Virus record (IMG/VR): IMGVR_UViG_3300027863_000019
Coordinates: 1 to 64,000 of that record
DNA: 64,000 bases
DNA from: a virus
Strand: one strand, 5' to 3'
The translations under genes were made by a program, and so were the position numbers. A model generated the notes under the pieces. That model searched no databases and was not told the DNA's origin. It saw only the letters and a list, made by a program, of their open reading frames with translations. Positions 1 through 8,136 of this stretch are shown one piece after another (within the stretch, counting starts at the first letter, position 1; the number at the start of each line of letters is the position of its first letter).

Positions 1-82
1 ATCCATCAGAATCCATCAGAGTAATTTCTTCTATATATATATGTATGTATGTAGACGATCCTTCATCCATTAGCCTGCATGA

Positions 83-111
83 TTGAATTTTTACTATAAA
101 TATAGTATAAT
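83..111 (+). promoter_or_regulatory. Near-consensus sigma70 promoter facing the repeat array
   Basis: TTGAAT (83-88), 17-nt spacer, TATAAT (106-111). Confidence 0.7.
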
Positions 112-139
112 CAATTATAGATGATTTTGTAAGTCTCCT

Positions 140-1365
140 TTGAAACGACCTAACGACCAAAAAAAACAACGATCTAACAACCAAAAAAAAAAACCCCTTT
201 AACGTTTTGACGTATTGACGATCTAACGATCTAACAACCAAACAACCATACGATCATAACGATCATAACGATCTAACGTCCAAACGATCTAACGTTCTAA
301 CGTTCTAGTTACCTTAACGATCTAACAACCTAACGATCTAACGTATTGATGCATTGATGATCTAACGTATTGACGTTCTAACAACCTAACAACCTAACAA
401 CCTAACAACCAAAAAAAAACCCAACGATCTAACGTTCTAACAACCTAACGATCTAACGTATTGATGCATTGACGTGCTGACCTAACGCATCGACGTTTTG
501 GTGTTCAGAAAAACCTAACGATCTAACGTTCTAACGTTCTAGTTACCTTAACGATCTAACGTTTTGACGTATCGACGTATTGACGTTCTAACGATCTAAC
601 GATCTAACGATCTAACGATCTAACGATCTAACGTTTTGACGTCCAAACAACCATTCGATCATAACGATCTAACGATCTAACGATCTAACGACCTAACGAC
701 CAAAAAAAAACCTTCAACGATCTAACGATCTAACGACCAAAAAAACCCTTCAACGATCATAACGATCTAACGACCAAAAAAAAAAACCAACGATCTAACG
801 ATCATAACAACCTAACGACCAAAAAAAAAACCAACGATCATAACAACCTAACGTCCAAAAAAAAACCAACGACCTAACGTTCTGGTGTTCTAACAACCTT
901 AACGATCTAACAACCAAAAAAACCAACGATCTAACAACCAAAAAAACCAACGATCTAACGTCCAAACAACCAAACGATCTAACAACCAAAAAAAAAAACC
1001 CCCCCTAACGTTTTGACGTATCGACGATCTAACAACCTAACGTTCTAACAACCAAACAACCATACGATCATAACGATCTAACGTTTTGACGTTCTGGTGT
1101 TCTGGTGTTCTAATTACCTTAACGATCTAACGATCTAACGTTCTAGTTACCTTAACGATCTAACAACCTAACGATCTAACAATCTAACGTTCTAGTTACC
1201 TTAACGTTCTAACGTCCAAACAACCTAACGATCTAACGTCCAAACAACCATTCGATCATAACGATCTAACGATCTAACGATCTAACGATCTAACGATCTA
1301 ACGATCTAACGATCTAACGATCTAACGTTTTGACGTTTTGACGTTTTGACGTTCTGGTGTTCAGA
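140..1365. repeat. ~1.2 kb degenerate 8-mer minisatellite (AACGATCT and variants) with oligo-A runs and higher-order blocks
   Basis: 8 perfect AACGATCT copies at 1260-1323; variants CTAACGTT, CTAACAAC, TTGACGTT, TTGACGTA throughout; recurring blocks such as AAACAACCAT(A/T)CGATCATAACGATC and CTAACGTTCTAGTTACCTTAACG. Confidence 0.95.
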
Positions 1366-1501
1366 AAAAATTCCCAACTAATCTGAAAAATCGTGATGAC
1401 TGGGAAGCCCCTCTTTTTTTAGCAATAAAATGGTAATAGAAAATTAAAATGAATGATTTGTTTGTAAAGGGGTGTATAAATTAAAGAAGGAGGAAATTAA
1501 A

Positions 1502-1618
1502 ATGTATGGGTTGTTAAGAAGTGTGGTTATGGTTGTGGTGGTGTTGGGGTGGTTGTGGTGGGAATTAGGATGGGTGTTTGATGAAGTAATGAAGTTGAGT
1601 GAATTGTTAATAAGGTAA
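1502..1618 (+). CDS. 38-aa hydrophobic peptide encoded entirely without cytosine
   Basis: GAAGGAGG SD then ATG; MYGLLRSVVMVVVVLGWLWWELGWVFDEVMKLSELLIR*. Confidence 0.5.
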   Translation: MYGLLRSVVMVVVVLGWLWWELGWVFDEVMKLSELLIR

Positions 1619-1626
1619 AAATGTAT

Positions 1627-1658
1627 GGGTGGGTGGGTGGGTAATAAAGGAGGTAAAA
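1627..1658 (+). promoter_or_regulatory. G-quadruplex-motif leader plus SD, copy 1
   Basis: GGGTGGGTGGGTGGG (1627-1641), TAATAAAGGAGGTAAAA, ATG at 1659. Confidence 0.75.
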
Positions 1659-1868
1659 ATGAACGATTATGATTTTGGTTGGGTAAAGAAGGTTTATACC
1701 AAGAAGGTGGACCCGGTTCCGTCGGGGTGGTGTTTTAAGACGATGGCGGCAGAGTTAGAGTTAGATCGGGCAAAATGGGCGCATCCAAAGTTTCCGGAAT
1801 CTAATAACTCTATCGTCACCGAAGCGGGGTGGCGGGAAGTAGGCCGTTTCCGTGCTGAGAGGTGGTAG
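1659..1868 (+). CDS. Hypothetical early protein
   Basis: Strong SD; true start likely ATG 1659 (MNDYDFGW...) rather than 1629. Confidence 0.7.
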   Translation: MNDYDFGWVKKVYTKKVDPVPSGWCFKTMAAELELDRAKWAHPKFPESNNSIVTEAGWREVGRFRAERW

Positions 1869-1912
1869 GTTAAGAAACGTGGCCTTTTTATATCAACTAA
1901 AGGAGAAGAAAG

Positions 1913-2101
1913 ATGGAAAAGAAACTGTGGGAGGCGAAGAAGTTTTATCGCGAGGAGTTCCAAGACAAGGCGGGTAACAAAGCCTTATTACCCCTAGTGA
2001 TGGAAGATTACAAGAGGTTCCCGTTCCTGAAGGAGCGGGGCTATGAAGCCATCGAGGTCGTCCGCGTGGGACCCAAAGCCCTTAAAGTGAAATTCATCTA
2101 A
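1913..2101 (+). CDS. Hypothetical early protein
   Basis: AAGGAG SD, 62-aa ORF. Confidence 0.7.
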   Translation: MEKKLWEAKKFYREEFQDKAGNKALLPLVMEDYKRFPFLKERGYEAIEVVRVGPKALKVKFI

Positions 2102-2214
2102 CAACTAACAACCAATTGGGGGCGAAGTTGAGGCCCCCTTAACCAGAAGGAGGTGATGTAGTCTATGATACTAACTTAAAGGGTGGTTGGAATTTCTCAA
2201 AAAGGAGGAGAAAC

Positions 2215-2421
2215 ATGAGCTGTGAAAGTTGCAGGTTTAATGATCGTGAGACCTGCTTAATGCAGGTCAACATTAACGTAATCTACGAAGAGGGCAGTCA
2301 AAAGGCTGACTGCCCTTACTGGCAAAGTAAGCATTTTTATAAGGGGCTGCTGTCCTTCGGGGTAGCAGCCCCTGGTTGTTTAATTACACAGAAGGAGAGG
2401 AAAGATGGAAAAGAAACTTGA
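2215..2421 (+). CDS. Small Cys-containing hypothetical protein
   Basis: AAGGAGG SD; CESC...C...CPYW. Confidence 0.6.
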   Translation: MSCESCRFNDRETCLMQVNINVIYEEGSQKADCPYWQSKHFYKGLLSFGVAAPGCLITQKERKDGKET

Positions 2422-2892
2422 GGTTGTATCGAAGGATTCATTTAAGTTTCGGTGTCGGCTAGTTCATGCATGCGGTACTAACATTTGGAAGAACATTCAG
2501 TTTGAGATAGACTACGCTAACAAACTGAAGGAGGAAAAGAAAATTGACCGGCCGTGAACTGCAAAAGGCAAAGGAGAAAATTTATGTTGAAGTATGCGTA
2601 GTTTAATAATAATGGAAAGGAGGTGAATCCTAGATGGGACTAATACAAAGCATCTGGGAGGCGTGTAAAGATGGGCGGACCTTGGAACTTCATAAAGGGA
2701 AAACCCCGGTTGAGAGATAAACATGCAAGCGCTCCCGTATAAGGGATAGGCTAATGGGAGCGCCATGGATGAAGTAGTAATGGATGAAGTATGCGTTGTT
2801 TTGTAATAATAATTGAAAGGAGGTGATGCAGAATGTCTTAAATAACTTATGTCAAGAAGGATTAAAAATCTCAAAAAAGGAGGTGGCGTAAA

Positions 2893-3498
2893 ATGGATGA
2901 CTTCCTCACCCAGTTGATGGCATTCGCTCAGGAGAACGCCGTCGAGGCTGAAGAGGAATTCAAAAGCTACCAGTCGCGTAACTACAAGGCTGGTATCTAT
3001 GAGACGAAAATCGAACTGAACATTAACCTCCCCGGGGCAACCTGGGAAGAGGAGATGCACCGTGTGCAGGAGCGTCGTGGACTGTACGCGGTCACTGAGG
3101 ATGGCGGCAAGAACTTTGAAAGCCGCTATCCTAAAACGTTGAGCGAGTACATGTCGTTTCTAACCGCCATGTGCTCGCAGAATCAATTGGGACCGTTCGA
3201 GCAGCTATGCGTAGCTGTGCGGTTTTGGGATCCCGAATATAAGTTCACGGAGATCACCGTGTATGAAGACGGGATCCCAAAACGAATGAAGGTTGGATCG
3301 TATACCAAGTGGATTAAGTGGGGGAAGGATGAAGAATTTGAGATTACCTTTTCCCCATTTAATCCAATTCGGTTTCTTTACTTCCAACCCAGAAATAAGG
3401 GTTTCCGTGCCCTTATTGATAGGTGGAAGAATGTCGAGAAAGGCGGGCTGGAAGAACTCCTCCGACGTGCGGCGGAGGAGGTCTTTGAAAGAAAGTAA
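2893..3498 (+). CDS. Hypothetical early protein (201 aa)
   Basis: AAGGAGGT SD, long ORF. Confidence 0.8.
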   Translation: MDDFLTQLMAFAQENAVEAEEEFKSYQSRNYKAGIYETKIELNINLPGATWEEEMHRVQERRGLYAVTEDGGKNFESRYPKTLSEYMSFLTAMCSQNQLGPFEQLCVAVRFWDPEYKFTEITVYEDGIPKRMKVGSYTKWIKWGKDEEFEITFSPFNPIRFLYFQPRNKGFRALIDRWKNVEKGGLEELLRRAAEEVFERK

Positions 3499-3506
3499 AA
3501 CTAAAA

Positions 3507-3540
3507 GGGTGGGTGGGTGGGAATTAAAAGGAGGTAAAAA
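3507..3540 (+). promoter_or_regulatory. G-quadruplex-motif leader plus SD, copy 2
   Basis: GGGTGGGTGGGTGGGAATTAAAAGGAGGTAAAAA then ATG 3541. Confidence 0.8.
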
Positions 3541-4014
3541 ATGAGTGAAAATGGCGGTAAAGGCAAAGGCGTGGACATGAGCTTTTTAGCCGCAGTGCAG
3601 GAAGCTCCGGTAGGTCGGCGTGGTGGTGATGCTACTTCTGAGCGCGGCAAGGTTCGGGAGTTCTTTGTAGCTAACGTGTTGGATCCGATGATCGCGTCGC
3701 AGAAAACGGATCATCCGATCCGGATGGTGGAACTCACCGATGTGATCTTTCGGATGCGGAGCATGGCATTCGATAAGGATGGTAAGACCACCATCTACAT
3801 CGCTCTCGACCAGAAGTTGCAACCGGGACAGAAATGGCGCTTCCTGCCAAATGTGACTCCATGGGATGAACGTTACCGTGGGATCAGGAACTACCTGACG
3901 GGGATCTTAAAGACCCGGAAAGAGTTTACACTAGAGAAGCACCCCTCTAAGAAACACGGAGGGAAGGTGCTGACGTTCATCGTCTTCAAGCAGGCTAAGG
4001 CGGTGAAGGCTTAA
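3541..4014 (+). CDS. Hypothetical basic protein, probable paralog of 8821-9207
   Basis: Shared blocks WDERYRGIRNYL / KDDRYNRAYRYL and similar N-terminal pattern. Confidence 0.75.
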   Translation: MSENGGKGKGVDMSFLAAVQEAPVGRRGGDATSERGKVREFFVANVLDPMIASQKTDHPIRMVELTDVIFRMRSMAFDKDGKTTIYIALDQKLQPGQKWRFLPNVTPWDERYRGIRNYLTGILKTRKEFTLEKHPSKKHGGKVLTFIVFKQAKAVKA

Positions 4015-4020
4015 ACAATC

Positions 4021-4074
4021 TAACGCTCCTTAAATGGAGAGGGTGGGTGGGTGGGAATTAAAAGGAGGTAAAAA
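4021..4074 (+). promoter_or_regulatory. Hairpin, G4 motif and SD leader, copy 3
   Basis: TAACGCTCC-TTAAAT-GGAGA GGGTGGGTGGGTGGG AATTAAAAGGAGGTAAAA ATG. Confidence 0.85.
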
Positions 4075-4401
4075 ATGATTTACCTGACGACGACTTTTTC
4101 CCCGGCAATGCTGGGGAAAGTTGAAGCTACGGTCAAGGAAATTTCTCTTGACCAAGTGAAAGAAGGGCTGGAGGTTTTGAACTGGACATCTGCGGTTGGG
4201 CACGAAGCAACCGCAGAAGTTCTCTCAGTCATTTTAAACCGAAAGGTGGAGTTCAACAGGGCCAATCTGACCCTAGAAGCCGGTGACAGGATCTTTTGTG
4301 TCATTCCAAATTTCCGGGCCAATGTGGCTCGGGAATTTTCCAGGGAAGAAGTAGAAGCAGCGGGGTATCGCTGCTTCTTAATTTTGACCCGGAGAGTGTA
4401 G
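4075..4401 (+). CDS. acrIII-1: DUF1874 / AcrIII-1-like viral ring nuclease (anti-type III CRISPR)
   Basis: MIYL..FSPAML, SAVGHEATAEVLS, NR..LTL..GD, R....E...EE motifs typical of STIV B116 / SIRV gp29 / YddF family. Confidence 0.85.
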   Translation: MIYLTTTFSPAMLGKVEATVKEISLDQVKEGLEVLNWTSAVGHEATAEVLSVILNRKVEFNRANLTLEAGDRIFCVIPNFRANVAREFSREEVEAAGYRCFLILTRRV

Positions 4402-4439
4402 GCAGACGTCGGTTTCAAACAGATCTAAAAACTAAAAAA

Positions 4440-4482
4440 GGGAGGCAGGGTGGGAAGGCGGGTAAAAGAAAGGAGGTGCAAA
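4440..4482 (+). promoter_or_regulatory. Variant four-G-tract leader plus SD, copy 4; downstream ORF truncated (MSEVFVGK*)
   Basis: GGGAGGCAGGGTGGGAAGGCGGG TAAAAGAAAGGAGGTGCAAA ATG 4483. Confidence 0.55.
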
Positions 4483-4651
4483 ATGAGTGAAGTCTTCGTT
4501 GGCAAGTAGCGTTGTATACGTTACTATGGTGGGGAAGCCGTTTGAACTACCGTGGCTTCAATCCTACGAAAGGCACCTTCGCTGGTAAGAAGATTGTCTT
4601 CGTCTGGCAAGAACCTATTAAAAAAAGTTTAAAGTTTAAAGGAGGCTTAAT

Positions 4652-4909
4652 ATGAATAGAAAATCTGGTGCTCGTCAACAATTGGAGTGGCCTCTGGAGG
4701 TTCGTTACATTTACGAGATGAGACAGTTCGGCATGGACCAGCACGCGGTTCTTGAACTCCTGCAGGATGAGTTTCCGGAAATGTCGTTATCGGAGATCAA
4801 GCGTCAAATCAAGCCGTTCCGGAAACTAGCGGAGAAGTGGTACTCCGTGGGCGACAAAATCGTCCACGGTATTATCCGCGGCTGGATTATGGCAGCGATG
4901 GAGAAGTAG
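4652..4909 (+). CDS. Hypothetical early protein
   Basis: AAGGAGG SD, 85 aa. Confidence 0.7.
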   Translation: MNRKSGARQQLEWPLEVRYIYEMRQFGMDQHAVLELLQDEFPEMSLSEIKRQIKPFRKLAEKWYSVGDKIVHGIIRGWIMAAMEK

Positions 4910-4937
4910 CCTTTTAAGAAGGAGGTGGTGTAAACTA

Positions 4938-5051
4938 ATGTTACGGGTTAGTAACCCAGATTCGTTTTGGGTGCTGATTGTGCTCCTGTGGATTATGATC
5001 TTTGTGATCCGCGGAGTCAAGAAGCTGTCGAGAGGTAAGTATATCGCTTAA
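4938..5051 (+). CDS. 37-aa single-TM peptide, paralog of 8016-8123
   Basis: MLRVSNPDSFWVLIVLLWIMIFVIRGVKKLSRGKYIA; AAGGAGGT SD. Confidence 0.7.
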   Translation: MLRVSNPDSFWVLIVLLWIMIFVIRGVKKLSRGKYIA

Positions 5052-5060
5052 CTTTAACTA

Positions 5061-5078
5061 GGGGAGCTTCGGCTCCCC
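5061..5078 (+). terminator. UUCG-loop hairpin (terminator or stability hairpin)
   Basis: GGGGAGC-TTCG-GCTCCCC; no U-tract on + strand. Confidence 0.45.
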
Positions 5079-5094
5079 AAAGGAGGGAGGAATC

Positions 5095-5301
5095 ATGACT
5101 AAAGGAATAGACATTGAAGTGAAGCACATTAAAGCGACATCCAGTTTAACAGTGTGTTTCACCTATGAAGCGTTTGCTCAAATGTTGGGTTACGCTTCGA
5201 TGGCTGAGTTGTTGGAAGCTCATGGTTCCATTGATGTTGCCATTGGTTATTGGATAGACAAGTGGCAGGACATGGGCTTGCGGGCGAGAATGGAGGTGTA
5301 G
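5095..5301 (+). CDS. Hypothetical early protein
   Basis: GGAGG SD, 68 aa. Confidence 0.7.
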   Translation: MTKGIDIEVKHIKATSSLTVCFTYEAFAQMLGYASMAELLEAHGSIDVAIGYWIDKWQDMGLRARMEV

Positions 5302-5302
5302 T

Positions 5303-5497
5303 ATGACTGAAGTCCTTGATGAACTAATCACTAAGTTGAGGGGTGAAGTTGAGGAATTGAAACGCCATGCAGAAGGCTACATCGATGGCGTTATTTCCGC
5401 CAAAGAGTACTATCTTAAGACCTTAACGACTGTAGATGAAATAACAGTCGTCTTACAGGAATTGGCCGACTTGGCGATGGATGCGGCTAAGAAGTAA
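5303..5497 (+). CDS. Hypothetical helical protein
   Basis: GGAGGT SD, 64 aa. Confidence 0.7.
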   Translation: MTEVLDELITKLRGEVEELKRHAEGYIDGVISAKEYYLKTLTTVDEITVVLQELADLAMDAAKK

Positions 5498-5502
5498 TCC
5501 TT

Positions 5503-5555
5503 TAACTGCTCCTTAAATGGAGCGGGCGGGTGGGTGGGAAATAAGGAGGATCTAA
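5503..5555 (+). promoter_or_regulatory. Hairpin, G4 motif and SD leader, copy 5
   Basis: TAACTGCTCC-TTAAAT-GGAGC GGGCGGGTGGGTGGG AAATAAGGAGGATCTAA ATG. Confidence 0.85.
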
Positions 5556-5747
5556 ATGAACGATCTGGAAGTAGAGGTTTTTGGTAAGGTTGTTTTCACA
5601 GAGGATGGGGGTGTAATAATCCCCGTTGATCCTCGCAGCTTTATACGGATCCAACGGAAGTTTCCTCGGTATTACGAACAGACAGGCCCTGAGGCCTGTC
5701 CTACACTCCACCACGGCAAGATCTGCGTGGTGTTAAAGAGTGAGTGA
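5556..5747 (+). CDS. Hypothetical early protein
   Basis: Directly follows leader copy 5. Confidence 0.7.
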   Translation: MNDLEVEVFGKVVFTEDGGVIIPVDPRSFIRIQRKFPRYYEQTGPEACPTLHHGKICVVLKSE

Positions 5748-5761
5748 TCGCATGAAGTCTC

Positions 5762-5811
5762 TAACGCCTCTTAAATGAGGAGGGTGGGTGGGTGGGAAGT
5801 AAGGAGGAGTT
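5762..5811 (+). promoter_or_regulatory. Hairpin, G4 motif and SD leader, copy 6 (compensatory stem change)
   Basis: TAACGCCTC-TTAAAT-GAGGA GGGTGGGTGGGTGGG AAGTAAGGAGGAGTT TTG. Confidence 0.85.
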
Positions 5812-6306
5812 TTGAAAGTTGCAAAGAAGTTGAAACCCATTGTGAAGTGTGAAACGTTTGAGCAGCTGGTGGCGGCTGATGAGGAACTCGCTGAACTCTT
5901 CAAACAGAGGTATCAGTTGGAAGTTAAAATCAAAGAAGTCGAGCAGAGGAGGCAGAATATCATACTTCGGGGGTTGCCCCAACCGATTTGGGGTTGGGGG
6001 ACGAAAGTCTACATTGCGGATGGGCGCGAGGTTTTCGGTCCTGAAGAAGGGACTGAAGTTGTCCGCGTTAATAAGGTCATCTTAAACTACGATGACCTTA
6101 TTGACGTCTACGATTTGGCGGGTGTCCGCATCGAGAACGTTGATGATCATAATAAGGGGATGAACTACTACCGAAAGAACCAGGTGCTGTTGAAGTTCGG
6201 TGGTGGTACAGCCTGGCTGTTTGCTGCAGGTCCACATCCCATCGTAACAGATGAAGAATGGTTCTCAATAAAGCGTGGAGTTATTCCGTCTCGCTTAGTG
6301 AAGTAA
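5812..6306 (+). CDS. Hypothetical early protein (164 aa)
   Basis: TTG start after leader copy 6. Confidence 0.75.
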   Translation: MKVAKKLKPIVKCETFEQLVAADEELAELFKQRYQLEVKIKEVEQRRQNIILRGLPQPIWGWGTKVYIADGREVFGPEEGTEVVRVNKVILNYDDLIDVYDLAGVRIENVDDHNKGMNYYRKNQVLLKFGGGTAWLFAAGPHPIVTDEEWFSIKRGVIPSRLVK

Positions 6307-6405
6307 CCCTTACTTATAAGGAGGATCTGTTATGGCGAAAGATTCAATTCCAGATGGCGTGGTAGAAGTTCGGTGCGTGAATTACTTCATCCAGAAGTAA
6401 ACCAT

Positions 6406-6454
6406 TAACTGCTCCTTAATGGAGAGGGTGGGAAGGTGGGAATGGAGGTGTAGT
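6406..6454 (+). promoter_or_regulatory. Hairpin, degenerate G-tract and SD leader, copy 7
   Basis: TAACTGCTCC-TTAAT-GGAGA GGGTGGGAAGGTGGG AATGGAGGTGTAGT ATG. Confidence 0.75.
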
Positions 6455-6709
6455 ATGAGTGAAGAGTGTATTGGCGCCATGTGGAGGAAGATGGTGGGAG
6501 TGGCTCCAAACCCCGACGATGTCGTTGTCCACGAAATTTGTGGACACGGCAGAGTGGTTGGAAGTATTCATCCATATGACCAGGTTGCAAAACCTTCTAC
6601 GATTTTCAGGATGCCGGCCACGTTCACCCCTCCGAAGGGGATGAGGCTGGTTGGCCTCACCATAGGTCATACCAGCTATGACTGGACAGAAGAGGACCCG
6701 AATGCATGA
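6455..6709 (+). CDS. Hypothetical early protein
   Basis: ATG 6455 after leader copy 7 (MSEECIGAMW...). Confidence 0.65.
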   Translation: MSEECIGAMWRKMVGVAPNPDDVVVHEICGHGRVVGSIHPYDQVAKPSTIFRMPATFTPPKGMRLVGLTIGHTSYDWTEEDPNA

Positions 6710-6725
6710 AGCTAAGGTCTAAATC

Positions 6726-6770
6726 TAACGCTCCTTAAATGGAGAGGGTGGGTGGGAAGGGAGGATCTAA
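6726..6770 (+). promoter_or_regulatory. Hairpin, G4 motif and SD leader, copy 8
   Basis: TAACGCTCC-TTAAAT-GGAGA GGGTGGGTGGGAAGGG AGGATCTAA ATG. Confidence 0.85.
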
Positions 6771-7241
6771 ATGAACGATCTTAAAGTGAAGGTTTCTGTC
6801 TTTATCGTCTTTATCGTTTTATACTTTATCCTTTTTACTGACTTTACTTCAGTAACCGTTACTGAAGTTACTGACGGTGACTCGGTTACAGTTAATTACA
6901 GTGAGAAGGTAAGGCTGGGACATATTGATGCCCCAGAATGGAATCAACCATATGGAAAGGAAGCGAGCGAGCGTGTAAAGGAACTTGCCCTTAATAAGAG
7001 GGTAAAAATCAAGCGCTCAGGTAAGGATAAATACGGTCGTACGCTCGCTGAGATATATCTGGCGGATGGTTCGAATCTAAATCATAGGCTAGTTCAGGAG
7101 GGACTAGCTTGGCATTACAGGCAGTTCAGCAACAATAGGTTTTATCAACAGCTCGAGTTTGAGGCTCGAGCGAAACGCAGGGGGCTATGGAAAGATACTA
7201 ATCCGACCGCCCCCTGGAATTGGAGGAGAGGTATGAGATGA
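6771..7241 (+). CDS. Thermonuclease (SNase-like) with N-terminal TM or signal
   Basis: DGDSV, VRLGHIDAPE, DKYGRTLA, LVQEGLAW, AR..RRGLW motifs. Confidence 0.92.
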   Translation: MNDLKVKVSVFIVFIVLYFILFTDFTSVTVTEVTDGDSVTVNYSEKVRLGHIDAPEWNQPYGKEASERVKELALNKRVKIKRSGKDKYGRTLAEIYLADGSNLNHRLVQEGLAWHYRQFSNNRFYQQLEFEARAKRRGLWKDTNPTAPWNWRRGMR

Positions 7242-7292
7242 AATGAAAGTGATCGGGATCCTATTAACATGAACATTAAAAGGAGGTGTAGT

Positions 7293-7523
7293 ATGAAACT
7301 GGTTGGAAGTCTGGTGGTTCTTTATCCGGGAGTGTACGATGCGAATGAGAACTGGATGACGGTTATCATTCCAGCGTACATGGGACAGGTTGAGATTGGA
7401 GTTCAAATCAACTACGTTCATATCGAGAGGGCGCTGTCGGGCCTCAAGGATGAATCGGATGTGTTCGCTTTCTTGAATGCCTACAAGCCGTGGGCATACG
7501 TTAACTATGAGTGCTGGGCATGA
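7293..7523 (+). CDS. Hypothetical early protein
   Basis: AAGGAGGTGTAGT ATG 7293. Confidence 0.65.
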   Translation: MKLVGSLVVLYPGVYDANENWMTVIIPAYMGQVEIGVQINYVHIERALSGLKDESDVFAFLNAYKPWAYVNYECWA

Positions 7524-7687
7524 GATGAAACGACCCCGCCTGGAAAGTAACTTACGAGTATAAACCAATCTAGGGGAGGAGTACATGGTTAAGTTGATTC
7601 ATCCTTCACGTAACTTGGGTTGCTTGGCTGCGGTGTGTGTACGTTGAAGAATAACATGAACATTAAGATGCGAAAGGAGGTAGTGTT

Positions 7688-7963
7688 ATGATGATCGAAA
7701 CGATCGAGTTGGGAAGATCCGCGTTAAGCGGGTCTGGGATCAGTTGGTTCGCAGAACTCTCCATTACCGACGGAGAGTTCCAGTCTATCTGCACTCGGTC
7801 TTTTAGGGGCTTTGGTGCAAAAAGTCCCTGTCATTACATGGTTTATTACCCTCAAATGCCGCTATTATGCCTCACGCGGTTCAAGGGTAAGGTGTCTCAT
7901 GGACATTACATTAATCCAGAAACGGGGGTTCAAACTCAATACACGTATAGCAAACAGGATTGA
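7688..7963 (+). CDS. Hypothetical early protein
   Basis: AAGGAGGT SD, 91 aa. Confidence 0.65.
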   Translation: MMIETIELGRSALSGSGISWFAELSITDGEFQSICTRSFRGFGAKSPCHYMVYYPQMPLLCLTRFKGKVSHGHYINPETGVQTQYTYSKQD

Positions 7964-8015
7964 TGCAGTTCAAGAAAATCTATTATCGCTCTTGGTAAGG
8001 AGGTGATAACTTACT

Positions 8016-8123
8016 TTGTGGATCAACACTAGTGGAGTGAATCCGTCCAGCTTCTGGATCACAATCATTCTGATCTGGATTGCGATCGGAGTGATTCGTG
8101 GTGTGAAGAAGCTTCGTAAGTAG
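8016..8123 (+). CDS. 35-aa single-TM peptide, paralog of 4938-5051
   Basis: TTG start; MWINTSGVNPSSFWITIILIWIAIGVIRGVKKLRK; AAGGAGGTGA SD. Confidence 0.65.
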   Translation: MWINTSGVNPSSFWITIILIWIAIGVIRGVKKLRK

Positions 8124-8136
8124 TTTAACCTTTTAC

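Noticed and set aside
795-989. Minus-strand 64-aa ORF (VVRSL repeats)
   Set aside because: It is a translation of the 8-mer minisatellite with no SD or coding evidence
140-1365. CRISPR array interpretation of the left repeat
   Set aside because: 8-nt periodic units with no constant 23-47 bp repeat and unique spacers; no cas genes
2512-3060. 182-aa minus-strand ORF and most other minus-strand ORFs
   Set aside because: Antisense shadows of SD-supported + strand genes in an almost unidirectional genome
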